This document shows, piece after piece, positions 19,694 to 28,277 of a stretch of 47,010 nucleotides of DNA. Positions within the stretch are counted from its first letter, which is position 1; each line of letters opens with the position of its first letter. Made by a program: the position numbers and the translations under genes. The DNA lies in contig JAEWYD010000179.1 in NCBI GenBank assembly GCA_023462275.1, positions 1 through 47,010 of the forward strand, given 5' to 3'. The stretch comes from Actinomycetes bacterium (lineage in GTDB: Bacteria > Actinomycetota > Actinomycetes > Actinomycetales > Cellulomonadaceae). Under the pieces are notes generated by a model. That model was given only the letters and a program-made list of their open reading frames with translations, was not told the DNA's origin and searched no databases.

Positions 19694-21669
19694 CAGCCGA
19701 CGATCTCGCTGAGCAGGTCGTCCGCCTCAGCCTCGAGTGCCCGGATGTCGGCTCGGATCTCGTCGATCGTGCGCAGCCGCGCCGGCTTGTAGAAGTGCTT
19801 GGTGAAGCTGATCTCGTAACCGATCTTGGTCTTCGTATCGTCGACCCACGCGTCGGGGGCGTAGGGCAGCACCTCGCGTCGGATGAACGCCTCGATGCCG
19901 TCGCGCCACTCGCCTGCGGGCTCCGTGAGGGGGACCTGCTCGCTGTCGCGCAGGTCGGCGTCGGGTTCGTACTCGACGACCCTGAGGCGTCCCTCGATCA
20001 GCGTCTCGAAGCGGCCGAACAGCGGGTCGGCGGCGGTCCCGGGCCGGTGGAGTTTCTTGATGACCGGCGCTGCGGTCTCGTCGCGCTCGGCCGACTCCTT
20101 GAGCTTCCGGATTTCGGCAGCTGAGTAGACCCGCCCAGCGTCGACGCCGGCGAGCCGGAGGGGGCGCTCGACGACGACCTTGGAGTAGCCGAAGTCGGCG
20201 TTGGCGAAGACCTTGGAGTGCTCGGCGTCGTCGGCCGCATCGAAGGCAAGGAAGGTCGCGAGCACCCGGTTGATGTCCGTGGTCGACAGCTCGCAGTTCT
20301 TCTTGCCAAGGTTCTTGCGGAGCGGGGTGGACCAGCCGCTGGCGTCGATGAGCTGGACCTTGCCCTTGCGGTGAGCGGGCTTGCGGTTGGTCAGGACCCA
20401 GACGTACGTGGCGATACCGGTGTTGTAGAACATGTTGAGCGGCAAGGCGACGATCGCCTCGAGCCAGTCGTTCTCGATGATCCAGCGGCGGATGTTGGAC
20501 TCGCCCTGGCCGGCGTCGCCGGTGAACAGCGACGAGCCGTTGTGGACCTCGGCGATGCGGCTGCCGAGGGGAGTCTTGTGCTTCATCTTCGAGACCAGGT
20601 TGGCCAGGAAGAGGAGCTGGCCGTCGCTGGAGCGGGTGATCAGCGAGTACTCGGGGTCTCCGTCGTGGGTGACGACGAAGCGGGGGTCGCGGATGCCGGT
20701 CTTGCCGCCCATGCGGTCCAGGTCGGTCTTCCAGGACTTGCCGTACGGAGGGTTGGATAGCATGAAGTCGAACTCCATGCTCGGGTAGGCGTCGTTGGAC
20801 AAGGTGGACCACTCGGGTCCGCCGACGACGTCGTCGGCGGCCTGGCCCTTGCCCTTGAGGATGAGGTCCGCCTTCGCGATGGCGTAGGTCTCGGCGTTGA
20901 TCTCCTGGCCGTACAGGTGAGTCGAGATCTGCGTTCCGCGTGCTGAGGTGAGTTCCGCGAGGGTCTCCTCGGCGACGGTGAGCATGCCGCCGGTGCCCAT
21001 CGCGCCGTCGTACAGGAGGTAGGTACCCGAGGGGATCTGATCGGCGATCGGTTCGAACATCAGCCGCGTCATGAGGCGAACGGCGTCGCGCGGGGTCCAG
21101 TGCTCTCCGGCCTCTTCGTTGTTCTCCTCGTTGAACCGGCGCACCAGCTCTTCGAACACCGAGCCCATGCCGTGGTTGTCGAGGCCGCCCGGATTGGCGG
21201 GAGTGCGCGGAGCGAGGTCCAGGGAGGGGTCGAGGAACTTTTCGATGAGCGCGCCAAGGGCGTCGGCCTTGGTCAGGCGGGGGATCTGGTTGCGGAACTC
21301 GAAGTTGTCGAGGATCTCCTGGACGTTCGGCGAGAAGCCGTCGAGGTAGGCCTCGAAGTCCGCCCGGAGCTGGGCTTGGGAGCGAGCCGCCCGCAGATCC
21401 CGGAGGGTGAACGGCGAGGTGTTGTAGAAGTCTTGCTCGGCTGCCTGACGCAGCGCGGCGTCCTGGTTGTCGATGTTGCTGCTGTCCAGTGCGGACTTCA
21501 TCGTCAGAACCGACTTCTTGGTCGGCTCGAGAACGCTGTCCAGGCGTCGGAGGACGGTGAAGGGCAGGATCACGTCCCTGTACTTGCCTCGCACGTACAG
21601 GTCGCGCAGTACGTCGTCCGCGATGCCCCAGATGAACGAGACGATCTTCGAATGGGTGGCGCTGTTCAC
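19693..21669 (-). CDS. hsdM: Type I DNA methyltransferase subunit M
   Basis: GEHWTPRD, motif I DGAMGTGG, GQEIN, NPPY and MFYNTGI; GTG start at 21669 with an AAGGAG RBS. Confidence 0.95.
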   Translation of the reverse strand: MNSATHSKIVSFIWGIADDVLRDLYVRGKYRDVILPFTVLRRLDSVLEPTKKSVLTMKSALDSSNIDNQDAALRQAAEQDFYNTSPFTLRDLRAARSQAQLRADFEAYLDGFSPNVQEILDNFEFRNQIPRLTKADALGALIEKFLDPSLDLAPRTPANPGGLDNHGMGSVFEELVRRFNEENNEEAGEHWTPRDAVRLMTRLMFEPIADQIPSGTYLLYDGAMGTGGMLTVAEETLAELTSARGTQISTHLYGQEINAETYAIAKADLILKGKGQAADDVVGGPEWSTLSNDAYPSMEFDFMLSNPPYGKSWKTDLDRMGGKTGIRDPRFVVTHDGDPEYSLITRSSDGQLLFLANLVSKMKHKTPLGSRIAEVHNGSSLFTGDAGQGESNIRRWIIENDWLEAIVALPLNMFYNTGIATYVWVLTNRKPAHRKGKVQLIDASGWSTPLRKNLGKKNCELSTTDINRVLATFLAFDAADDAEHSKVFANADFGYSKVVVERPLRLAGVDAGRVYSAAEIRKLKESAERDETAAPVIKKLHRPGTAADPLFGRFETLIEGRLRVVEYEPDADLRDSEQVPLTEPAGEWRDGIEAFIRREVLPYAPDAWVDDTKTKIGYEISFTKHFYKPARLRTIDEIRADIRALEAEADDLLSEIVG

Positions 21670-21769
21670 CGGGTGCTGCTCCTTGCTGGGCCGCGTCCGT
21701 CGTCGGATGCCGTTCCGCACAGGGTAGTCAGACCTCCCTCTCCGCCGGACGCACCTTCGCCGGGTGCGC

Positions 21770-21803
21770 CGGTTGCCGCCACCCGTTCGGGTGGCGGCAA
21801 CCG
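21770..21803. terminator. 15-bp perfect hairpin between the small ORF and hsdM
   Basis: CGGTTGCCGCCACCC-GTTC-GGGTGGCGGCAACCG, 5 bp past the stop of the 21809-22135 ORF. Confidence 0.6.
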
Positions 21804-21808
21804 CTGGA

Positions 21809-22135
21809 TCACCTGCGCGAGGGGGCGCTGCGCCGTCTCGCTTCTCGGCAGAGGTGGCAGCGGGGAAGAACTGCCTCCGTGGTCATGCCTGCCTCGGCGA
21901 GGAGCCAGTGGGGTAGCTCGCGGGCGTAGATGTCGGGGAAGTGTTCCTCGATCTCCGCCTCGACCGCGGCGAGCAGGTGCAGGTAGCCGGCAGCGTCCTC
22001 GTCATCCGTGAGGGGCGCGCGTCGGATGGTCTGCACGAGCAGATCGCGGTTCGCGAGCAGGTGCAGCAGGTCGCGCTGATGGGCGCGCTGCCGTGCCTCG
22101 CTGGTGGTGTTGCTCTCGGGATGGGTTGTGGACAT
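21809..22135 (-). CDS. Small hypothetical protein (C-terminal CxxC)
   Basis: 108 aa from ATG 22135, helical, with RCHLCR near the C-terminus; followed by a hairpin. Confidence 0.5.
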   Translation of the reverse strand: MSTTHPESNTTSEARQRAHQRDLLHLLANRDLLVQTIRRAPLTDDEDAAGYLHLLAAVEAEIEEHFPDIYARELPHWLLAEAGMTTEAVLPRCHLCREARRRSAPSRR

Positions 22136-22371
22136 GTGACCCCCGGGGTCATGGACGTCCCTGATGGCGGTGCGCCACCCGGTGACGCGGAGCGCTGCTG
22201 CGCTCACAGAGGACTGGTTGGTGCGCTCGCTTCAGGCGCAAGGGCTGAGGCCAATGCCGTCCCCACTCCCGCCGGCACGGTCTGGCAGCTCCAGGACGTG
22301 TGCTCCTGGCGCCGGAGGTGACTCCCCATGGGGCCCGTGCATGGCCTGACCCCTGAGGCCGGGGCAGCGGT

Positions 22372-23598
22372 GTGCGGCGAGTGCGTGCCCGCCCGAAGGC
22401 CCGACTGTGCCCGGACATGGCAGCCACGTCGACAAGGTCAACGACCCCCGCTCGTCCCTCCGCTCACCGCGGGCGGGTTGTGAGCACCCATGAGGCGGGT
22501 GTCGCCCGCAGCGGTCACCTGGCGCACCGGTTCGGCTTGGCCTCCAACACCGTCCAAGCAGAGACGGAGTCTCCGTGCGACGCCGCCGCCTTCGTGAGCA
22601 CCTACGAGCCGCGGGGCGCGTCTTGGCGCTCGACACCGTCACACCCGCGGGACTTCTCGGAGTGGGGCACGATCGCCGCGTTCGTGAAGACCACTGTCGG
22701 GCGCTACGTCGACGCCTTCGGCCCGGTGAGCCTGTTCACAATCCGCGGGCTTGCCCGCGCGACGGCGGAACTCGCGCTCTTCGCCGCGGAGCAGGGAACG
22801 ACGATCACTTCGTCTGCCGTGTTGACGCACTGGACCCTGCAGCAGTTCGACCGCGCCTTGATAGCGGCCCTTGCGGAGCAGCTGGCAATCGTCGACGCGA
22901 GCGTTCGAGCCGAAGCCGAGGCCGCCGGCACCTCGACCATCGCGAACCACGTCGCCTACGCCCGACGCGTCGCCTCCGGCCTGAACCCGCGCGGCGGCTG
23001 GCCGACGCCAGTTGTGCGGCGACACCGGTGCTTCTCGCTGCCCTACACCGCCGCGGAGATCGAGTCGCTCGAAGATCAGATCGCCCGAAATTCTGGCCTC
23101 GCGCGCAGAAACGGGGAGGCCTTCCTCGTGCTGGGACTCGGCGCCGGGCTCGATGGCCGATGGGCGGCTCGCGTTCGCACGCACGATGTGGAGGACCTCG
23201 GGACCGACGGGCTGGTCGTCCACGTCCCCGGCCGCGCCGTGCCCGTCCTTCGCGCCTACGAGGCCCGGCTCCGGGCGCTGCTCGAGCAGACGCCGGAGGG
23301 CGACTTCCTGTACGGCGGCCCCGCAAGTCACAAGAACGCCGCGAGCGCGGCGGTCAAGCGGGTGCGCCTGGACCCAGCGGGACCTCAGCTGGAGCTCGGC
23401 CGGCTCCGCTCGACGTGGCTCTTGACGCACCTCACGATCGGCACTCGCGTACCGGAGCTCATGGCCGCTGCGGGCCTGGTTTCGATGACGCCCATCAGCG
23501 ACATGGCGGAGTTCGTCTCGCCCCTCGACGATGACCCGGCGCTCTGCGCGCGGTCCGCCCGACGGATGGTGCGCGGTCCTGCTGGGCGAGCCCGATGA
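22372..23598 (+). CDS. Tyrosine-recombinase-like protein, predicted catalytically inactive (true start may be GTG 22480)
   Basis: PYTAAEI, box I-like LGLGAGLDGRWAARVRTHDV and box II-like GRLRSTW...G....LMAAAGL. The first catalytic Arg, both His and the Tyr are replaced. ATGA overlap with the transposase. Confidence 0.7.
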   Translation: MRRVRARPKARLCPDMAATSTRSTTPARPSAHRGRVVSTHEAGVARSGHLAHRFGLASNTVQAETESPCDAAAFVSTYEPRGASWRSTPSHPRDFSEWGTIAAFVKTTVGRYVDAFGPVSLFTIRGLARATAELALFAAEQGTTITSSAVLTHWTLQQFDRALIAALAEQLAIVDASVRAEAEAAGTSTIANHVAYARRVASGLNPRGGWPTPVVRRHRCFSLPYTAAEIESLEDQIARNSGLARRNGEAFLVLGLGAGLDGRWAARVRTHDVEDLGTDGLVVHVPGRAVPVLRAYEARLRALLEQTPEGDFLYGGPASHKNAASAAVKRVRLDPAGPQLELGRLRSTWLLTHLTIGTRVPELMAAAGLVSMTPISDMAEFVSPLDDDPALCARSARRMVRGPAGRAR

Positions 23599-25472
23599 GC
23601 CAGCCCATCGCGCACCGGAGGCCGCCTCGTCTTCGCGCGCCCATCGACGTGACCACGAAGCGGCAGCCCACAGACGAGGAGTTCGCCGATGCGTGCGCAG
23701 CGGTGGACTGGCTTGGTCCCGGCTTCCTCGTAGCGTTGTGCGCTGCGATCAACGAGGGCTTGGGCCGGCCTGGTTCCGTTCCGGCACGAGCTGTTCTCGT
23801 CGCGTGGATGCTGAACGCCTTCGAGGAGGGCTCGCGGGCCGAACACTCCGAGGTTGTCTCCCAGCTCGTCGCGTGCTCCGACAGCCAGTTGGAGCGGCTG
23901 GGCATGCAACGTCTCCCGGTCGGGCGTGCGTACCAGCGGGTCTGGGACAAGGCGGATCGGGTACTCAAGGCCTTGGAGCTCGGCTTCGACTTCCAGCACC
24001 ACTCGGTCACTGTTCGCGCCGACCTCGACTGGCTGGTGGAGGTGCTTCCCCATGCCGTCCTCCCGAGCGACCTCCCGTGGAGCCGCACGAGGAGCGTCGA
24101 CGGCACCGACTGGGAGACCTGCGGACGGTTCGTGACACCAAGCCAGGAGTACGACGGGGCGACCCCGCCGGACACCGACACCCCACTTGAGGACCACGCC
24201 AAGACCCTGACGAAGACTCGGCGGCGGCTCAAGGACAAGGTGGAGCTCGGCCCCGACGACCGTGCGATCTACACGACGGACGTGGACGCACGCGCCGGGC
24301 ATCGCAGCGCCAACAAGCAGCACCGGGCGGGCATCTACATCGGGTACGAGCTGCACCTCTCTGTCCAGGTCCGCGACTGCACCTATGCCGGTCACCCCGA
24401 CCAGCTGACCTACGGCGCGGACGTGCCGAACATCATCACCAGTGCGCGGCTGGTTCCCGCCGGTGCGCACCGGGGTCTCGCGGCGGTCCCGATGCTGCAG
24501 GCAGAGCGCGTGCCCGACCCCGGACACGGGCCCACGCCGGATCGCCGAGGCACACCGGTGCGCCTGGTCGTCTGGGACCGCGGCTACTCCCTGCTCTCCT
24601 TCGACAACGCCCACGGGCCGCTGCGACGGGAGGGCATCGACGTCGTCTTCGAGCTCACTGACGCGCAGCGCAAGCAGGTGCAGGTGCTCACCGACGTGGA
24701 CTGGATCGACGGCGCTCCCTTCAGCAAGTACACGCCCGCGCACTTGCGTGACCTGCCGCGAGCCGGCCGCAACGACTCCGCAGAAGAGCGCCGCAAGCTG
24801 CAGGCTCGCTACGACGAACGTGCGCGGTGGCGGTACTCCAACCACGGTCGCCCTGGTCCCGACGGCCGCCAGCGCCTGCGGTGCCCCTTCTGCGCCGGTC
24901 GCCTGCGCGGCAGCACACTGCGTCAGCGGAACGTCTCACAGAGCGCTCCCCTCGTAACGCTGCCTGAGGGCGTCGAGCGATGCTGTGGCGGCGTGATCAC
25001 AGTCGCGCCCGAGTACCTCACGCTTACCCAGGGGCTCGGCCTGATCTACGGGACCACCGCGTGGACCTTGGCGTACGGGCCTCGAGTCCTGGTCGAGACG
25101 GCCAACTCGCTCATGAAGGACAAGTACGCGGCGCTGAACCGCACCTACACGAAGCTCATGGGCCTGGCGAAGCGCAAGTTCGCCGTCGCGTTCCTGCTCG
25201 CGGGCGTCAACCGCCGCATCGTCAGGGCCTGGAAGGCCAAGCAGGCCGAGGCTCCTGCACACTCGAGGCGGCTTCAGCGGTACGACGAGGCGCTTACCAG
25301 CGCCGCCTCGACGTCGGCCGCCCGAGACTCGACCCGCCACCGCCCGCTCACGTCCGCGGCTGCGGCTGCGGCCGAGCGCAACGCAACCGCGCCACCTGGA
25401 CGCGTCGACGCCCCGGCGACCCGCGGTGCCCGAAGGCGATCGTCAGGGCCTCGGAGTCCGCTGTGTAGGTAG
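23595..25472 (+). CDS. IS4-superfamily (IS1182/IS5-like) DDE transposase
   Basis: D169 (SVDGTD), D328 (VWDRGY), exact Y-x2-R-x3-E-x6-K signature (Y494, R497, E501, K508), and a Cys-rich insert (RCPFC...CC). Confidence 0.85.
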   Translation: MSQPIAHRRPPRLRAPIDVTTKRQPTDEEFADACAAVDWLGPGFLVALCAAINEGLGRPGSVPARAVLVAWMLNAFEEGSRAEHSEVVSQLVACSDSQLERLGMQRLPVGRAYQRVWDKADRVLKALELGFDFQHHSVTVRADLDWLVEVLPHAVLPSDLPWSRTRSVDGTDWETCGRFVTPSQEYDGATPPDTDTPLEDHAKTLTKTRRRLKDKVELGPDDRAIYTTDVDARAGHRSANKQHRAGIYIGYELHLSVQVRDCTYAGHPDQLTYGADVPNIITSARLVPAGAHRGLAAVPMLQAERVPDPGHGPTPDRRGTPVRLVVWDRGYSLLSFDNAHGPLRREGIDVVFELTDAQRKQVQVLTDVDWIDGAPFSKYTPAHLRDLPRAGRNDSAEERRKLQARYDERARWRYSNHGRPGPDGRQRLRCPFCAGRLRGSTLRQRNVSQSAPLVTLPEGVERCCGGVITVAPEYLTLTQGLGLIYGTTAWTLAYGPRVLVETANSLMKDKYAALNRTYTKLMGLAKRKFAVAFLLAGVNRRIVRAWKAKQAEAPAHSRRLQRYDEALTSAASTSAARDSTRHRPLTSAAAAAAERNATAPPGRVDAPATRGARRRSSGPRSPLCR

Positions 25473-25702
25473 CGCACTCGCGCGTCCCGAACCACCCATC
25501 AGCCCGACCTCAGCCCCACGTCCTCGAGACGTGGGGCCGATCGGCGTGCGCGGAGGGCACCTCGACGATGCAGCGGTCTTGAGCCGGAGGCGCGAAGCGG
25601 CCGGGAACGCGACCGTCGAGCCCCCGACGAGGTGGTCCGGGCCGTCTTCGGCCCGATGGCGTCCGTCCGACGGTCGAAACCGAAACCTCGGTGGCCTGGA
25701 AA

Positions 25703-25719
25703 CCGGAACCAGCTGTGGA
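25703..25719 (+). repeat. Right terminal inverted repeat plus right target-site duplication (GTGGA)
   Basis: CCGGAACCAGCT|GTGGA; the GTGGA overlaps the TCCA end of the tRNA copy. Confidence 0.85.
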
Positions 25720-25759
25720 GCGGGTGACGGGAATCGAACCCGCGCTCTCAGCTTGGGAA
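25716..25759 (-). repeat. att site: 44-bp duplicate of the tRNA-Gly 3' half
   Basis: Identical to 40122-40165 (TGGAGCGGGTGACGGGAATCGAACCCGCGCTCTCAGCTTGGGAA). Confidence 0.95.
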
Positions 25760-25865
25760 TCGGACTCCGTCGCGTTTCCGCGCCCTGGTTGGGAAGCGAA
25801 ACTGCTGGTCAGGCGCTTGCGAGCCTACACGGAGATGAACCGAGAGGCACAGATCTGAACCTCCT

Positions 25866-25882
25866 TATGGCACGTTATGGCA
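25866..25882 (+). repeat. Putative integrase arm-type site (tandem TATGGCA)
   Basis: TATGGCACGTTATGGCA also occurs at 40034-40050, inside the other element end. Confidence 0.7.
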
Positions 25883-25948
25883 TGCCACTCGGGGCTGACT
25901 CTGTCCGTTCTGGGAGCGCTACCGGCAAGCAGGGGTGCGTCTAGGAAG

Positions 25949-25962
25949 CGAACATACGTTCG
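25949..25962. promoter_or_regulatory. LexA (SOS) box
   Basis: CGAAC-ATAC-GTTCG matches the Gram-positive/actinobacterial CGAAC-N4-GTTCG consensus; upstream of the C5-MTase, with -10-like TACGCT at 25974. Confidence 0.7.
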
Positions 25963-26035
25963 ACCTGATCTGTTACGCTCCCCCTGAGAGCGACACGCCG
26001 CAGGACACTAGCTGAACCTTGAGCTAGTTGGTAGC

Positions 26036-27454
26036 GTGTCGGTTGCGGCAGACACGAGGCACTCGGTGTGCCAGGGACATGGGAGACACGCGGTGGCAGC
26101 TCCAGCGTTCACGTTCGCGGACCTCTTCGCCGGCGTGGGCGGCTTCCATGCGGCACTTGCCACCTTCGGCGGTGAGTGCAAGTACGCCGTGGAGATCGAC
26201 CCCGAGGCGGCCGCCGTCTACGAGCTCAATTGGGGTCGGAGCGCGCTCGGGGACGTGACGAAGGACGCGAACGAGGACGGTGTGACCGTCCCCCCGACGA
26301 CTGTCCTCGCAGCGGGGTTTCCTTGCCAGACGTTCAGCAAGTCCGGTGCCCAGCGGGGGATGGACGAGGCGCGAGGCACTCTCTTCTGGAATGTAGCTCG
26401 GGTGATTGAGGCCAACCGCCCTCCCGTCGTCCTCCTCGAGAACGTCCGCAACCTGGTCGGACCGAGGCACCGTCACGAGTGGGAGACGATCGTCCGCACA
26501 CTCCGAGAGCTCGGGTATCGCGTTTCGGACGAGCCGTCGATCATGTCTCCGCACTGGCTACCTCTTGAGAAGGGCGGCCGCCCCCAGGTTCGCGAGCGGG
26601 TCTTCATTACCGCGTCGTACGACCCCGACGGTGCCACCGAGGGGCTTCCGGTGCGCCCGGCAATCGTTGATCGCGACCTTCGGGCAGGTGAGGAGTGGGA
26701 CCTGGAGTCCGACCTGCCGCTCGATGACGACCACCATGTCTCGGGCTGTGACCTCAGCGCGGACGAGCGGTACTGGATCGACGCTTGGAACGAGTGGGTC
26801 GAGATGATGTGGGGTGTAGTGGGCGGCGCCCCCCACGCGCGGCTCCCCGGGCACCCGATCTGGGTCGACGCGTGGGTCCGCAACGACGACCTAAGGATTC
26901 CCGTCGGCACGCCCGCCTGGAAGGCGAACTTCCTGCGCAAGAACGCTGACCTGTACACAAGGCATCAGGTGGACTTCGACGCGTGGGTCGAGCGGTGGGG
27001 CGTGAAGACCGAACGCTTCCCCGCCTCCCGCCGCAAGTTCGAGTGGCAGGCCCAGAGCACTCCGCGGTTGTGGGATTGCGTCATGCACTTGAGACCATCC
27101 GGGATCCGCGCCAAGCGTCCGACCTACCTCCCTGCCCTCGTCGCCATCACCCAGACCAGCATCGTGGGCCCACGCGAGCGTCGTATCTCCCCACGTGAAG
27201 CGGCACGGCTGCAGGGCCTGCCGGAGTGGTTCTCCTTCGGGGGGCAGCTCGACGCGGCGAGCTACCGACAGATGGGAAACGGCGTCAACGTTGGCGTCGT
27301 GGCGCATGTCCTGCGCGAGCATGTCCGCCGCGACGAGGAGTTGCTCAAGAAGACCGCCCCGGAGTTGGTCACGGCGGTGCTTGATGACGGCTACACGAGC
27401 CCCGATGACGTCCTCGAGGCAATGGAGCCCTCCCGCGGGCTCAACGCCGGCTGA
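26036..27454 (+). CDS. DNA (cytosine-5)-methyltransferase (start possibly ~26093)
   Basis: DLFAGVGG (I), GFPCQ (IV), ENV (VI), QVRERVF (VIII), REAARLQG (IX) and QMGNGV (X). Confidence 0.95.
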   Translation: MSVAADTRHSVCQGHGRHAVAAPAFTFADLFAGVGGFHAALATFGGECKYAVEIDPEAAAVYELNWGRSALGDVTKDANEDGVTVPPTTVLAAGFPCQTFSKSGAQRGMDEARGTLFWNVARVIEANRPPVVLLENVRNLVGPRHRHEWETIVRTLRELGYRVSDEPSIMSPHWLPLEKGGRPQVRERVFITASYDPDGATEGLPVRPAIVDRDLRAGEEWDLESDLPLDDDHHVSGCDLSADERYWIDAWNEWVEMMWGVVGGAPHARLPGHPIWVDAWVRNDDLRIPVGTPAWKANFLRKNADLYTRHQVDFDAWVERWGVKTERFPASRRKFEWQAQSTPRLWDCVMHLRPSGIRAKRPTYLPALVAITQTSIVGPRERRISPREAARLQGLPEWFSFGGQLDAASYRQMGNGVNVGVVAHVLREHVRRDEELLKKTAPELVTAVLDDGYTSPDDVLEAMEPSRGLNAG

Positions 27455-28232
27455 GGGCTGCGACCAGCGCGCGGAACGTCTCCACGTCGATCGTTCCGGC
27501 ATCCCTAAGTGCCGCGAGCCGCTGGACTTCATCGCTGACGCTGCCCTGCGGCGGCTCGGCGGCAATGAACATCCCCGACAGCCTCGGAAAGCGCTCCGGC
27601 GTGATGATCGTCTTGGCGTACGAGAGGAAGGGGTTCTCTCGCCCACGGCCTTCGTTCGCAGGTGCGCTGAGTACGGCGACACACTCAGGGTGCGCGCTCG
27701 CATGGGCCCTCACGGCGCTCCAGGGGATGATGAAAGCGTCGGCGTTCTGCTTGCCCCGGGACGTCACCTCGTGATGCAGGTCAGGGTGCACAAATACGAG
27801 GCCCGGAAGGTTTGGTGACACGAACACCGTCGGCGTGTCGAAGCCCTTTCCCGAGCCGCCAAGGCCGTTGCTAATCCGCCACTCGCTACCCTTGCCCGCC
27901 GACTGCGACTTGACCGACCAGAGGCCTCGAGACGCCTCCTGCAACTCGAGCAGGTCGAAGCCGCGCTGACCGTGCCCGCCCGGGACTGTGAGGGCACCGA
28001 TCGACCAGGCGGCCGCTGCGATAATCCACTCGACGGCGCCGCCGACGACGAACCGGTTTCCCGGGTCGCTCGGGTTCACGCGGTCGACATTGAGCCGCAG
28101 TGCTGCCTCCACCTCGCTGCGAAGGCCCGAGTCGCCTGCGAGTGCGTCCCTCAGTTGGTCGAATGGTTCAGAGCCGGAGGACGGTGCCGCCCATGCAAGG
28201 TCGAACGTGGGATGTCGCGGGGGCTTGACCAT
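27441..28232 (-). CDS. Putative type II restriction endonuclease with C-terminal SHOCT-like helix pair
   Basis: Convergent on the MTase and downstream of vsr; E...FD...SVKS pattern; C-terminal DEVQRLAALRDAGTIDVETF. Confidence 0.5.
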   Translation of the reverse strand: MVKPPRHPTFDLAWAAPSSGSEPFDQLRDALAGDSGLRSEVEAALRLNVDRVNPSDPGNRFVVGGAVEWIIAAAAWSIGALTVPGGHGQRGFDLLELQEASRGLWSVKSQSAGKGSEWRISNGLGGSGKGFDTPTVFVSPNLPGLVFVHPDLHHEVTSRGKQNADAFIIPWSAVRAHASAHPECVAVLSAPANEGRGRENPFLSYAKTIITPERFPRLSGMFIAAEPPQGSVSDEVQRLAALRDAGTIDVETFRALVAALSRR

Positions 28233-28277
28233 GCCTTCGACCCTACTGATCTGCTTCGTCGGTTGTGCGGCACCGCG

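Larger units (their letters stand above)
9893..25714. mobile_element. ~15.8 kb cargo transposon (DDE transposase plus inactive tyrosine-recombinase-like gene) inserted at the tRNA-Gly 3' end
   Basis: Perfect 12-bp TIRs AGCTGGTTCCGG (9893-9904) and CCGGAACCAGCT (25703-25714), immediately flanked by direct repeat GTGGA (9888-9892 and 25715-25719). Transposase lies near the right end. Confidence 0.85.

Noticed and set aside
9893..25714. Tn7-like or CAST element (5-bp TSD at a tRNA)
   Set aside because: No TGT...ACA ends and no TnsB/TnsC/TniQ or cas genes; the transposase has IS4-type motifs.
25716..25759. Second tRNA-Gly gene
   Set aside because: Only the 3' 44 nt are present and identity stops just past the anticodon; it is an att copy.
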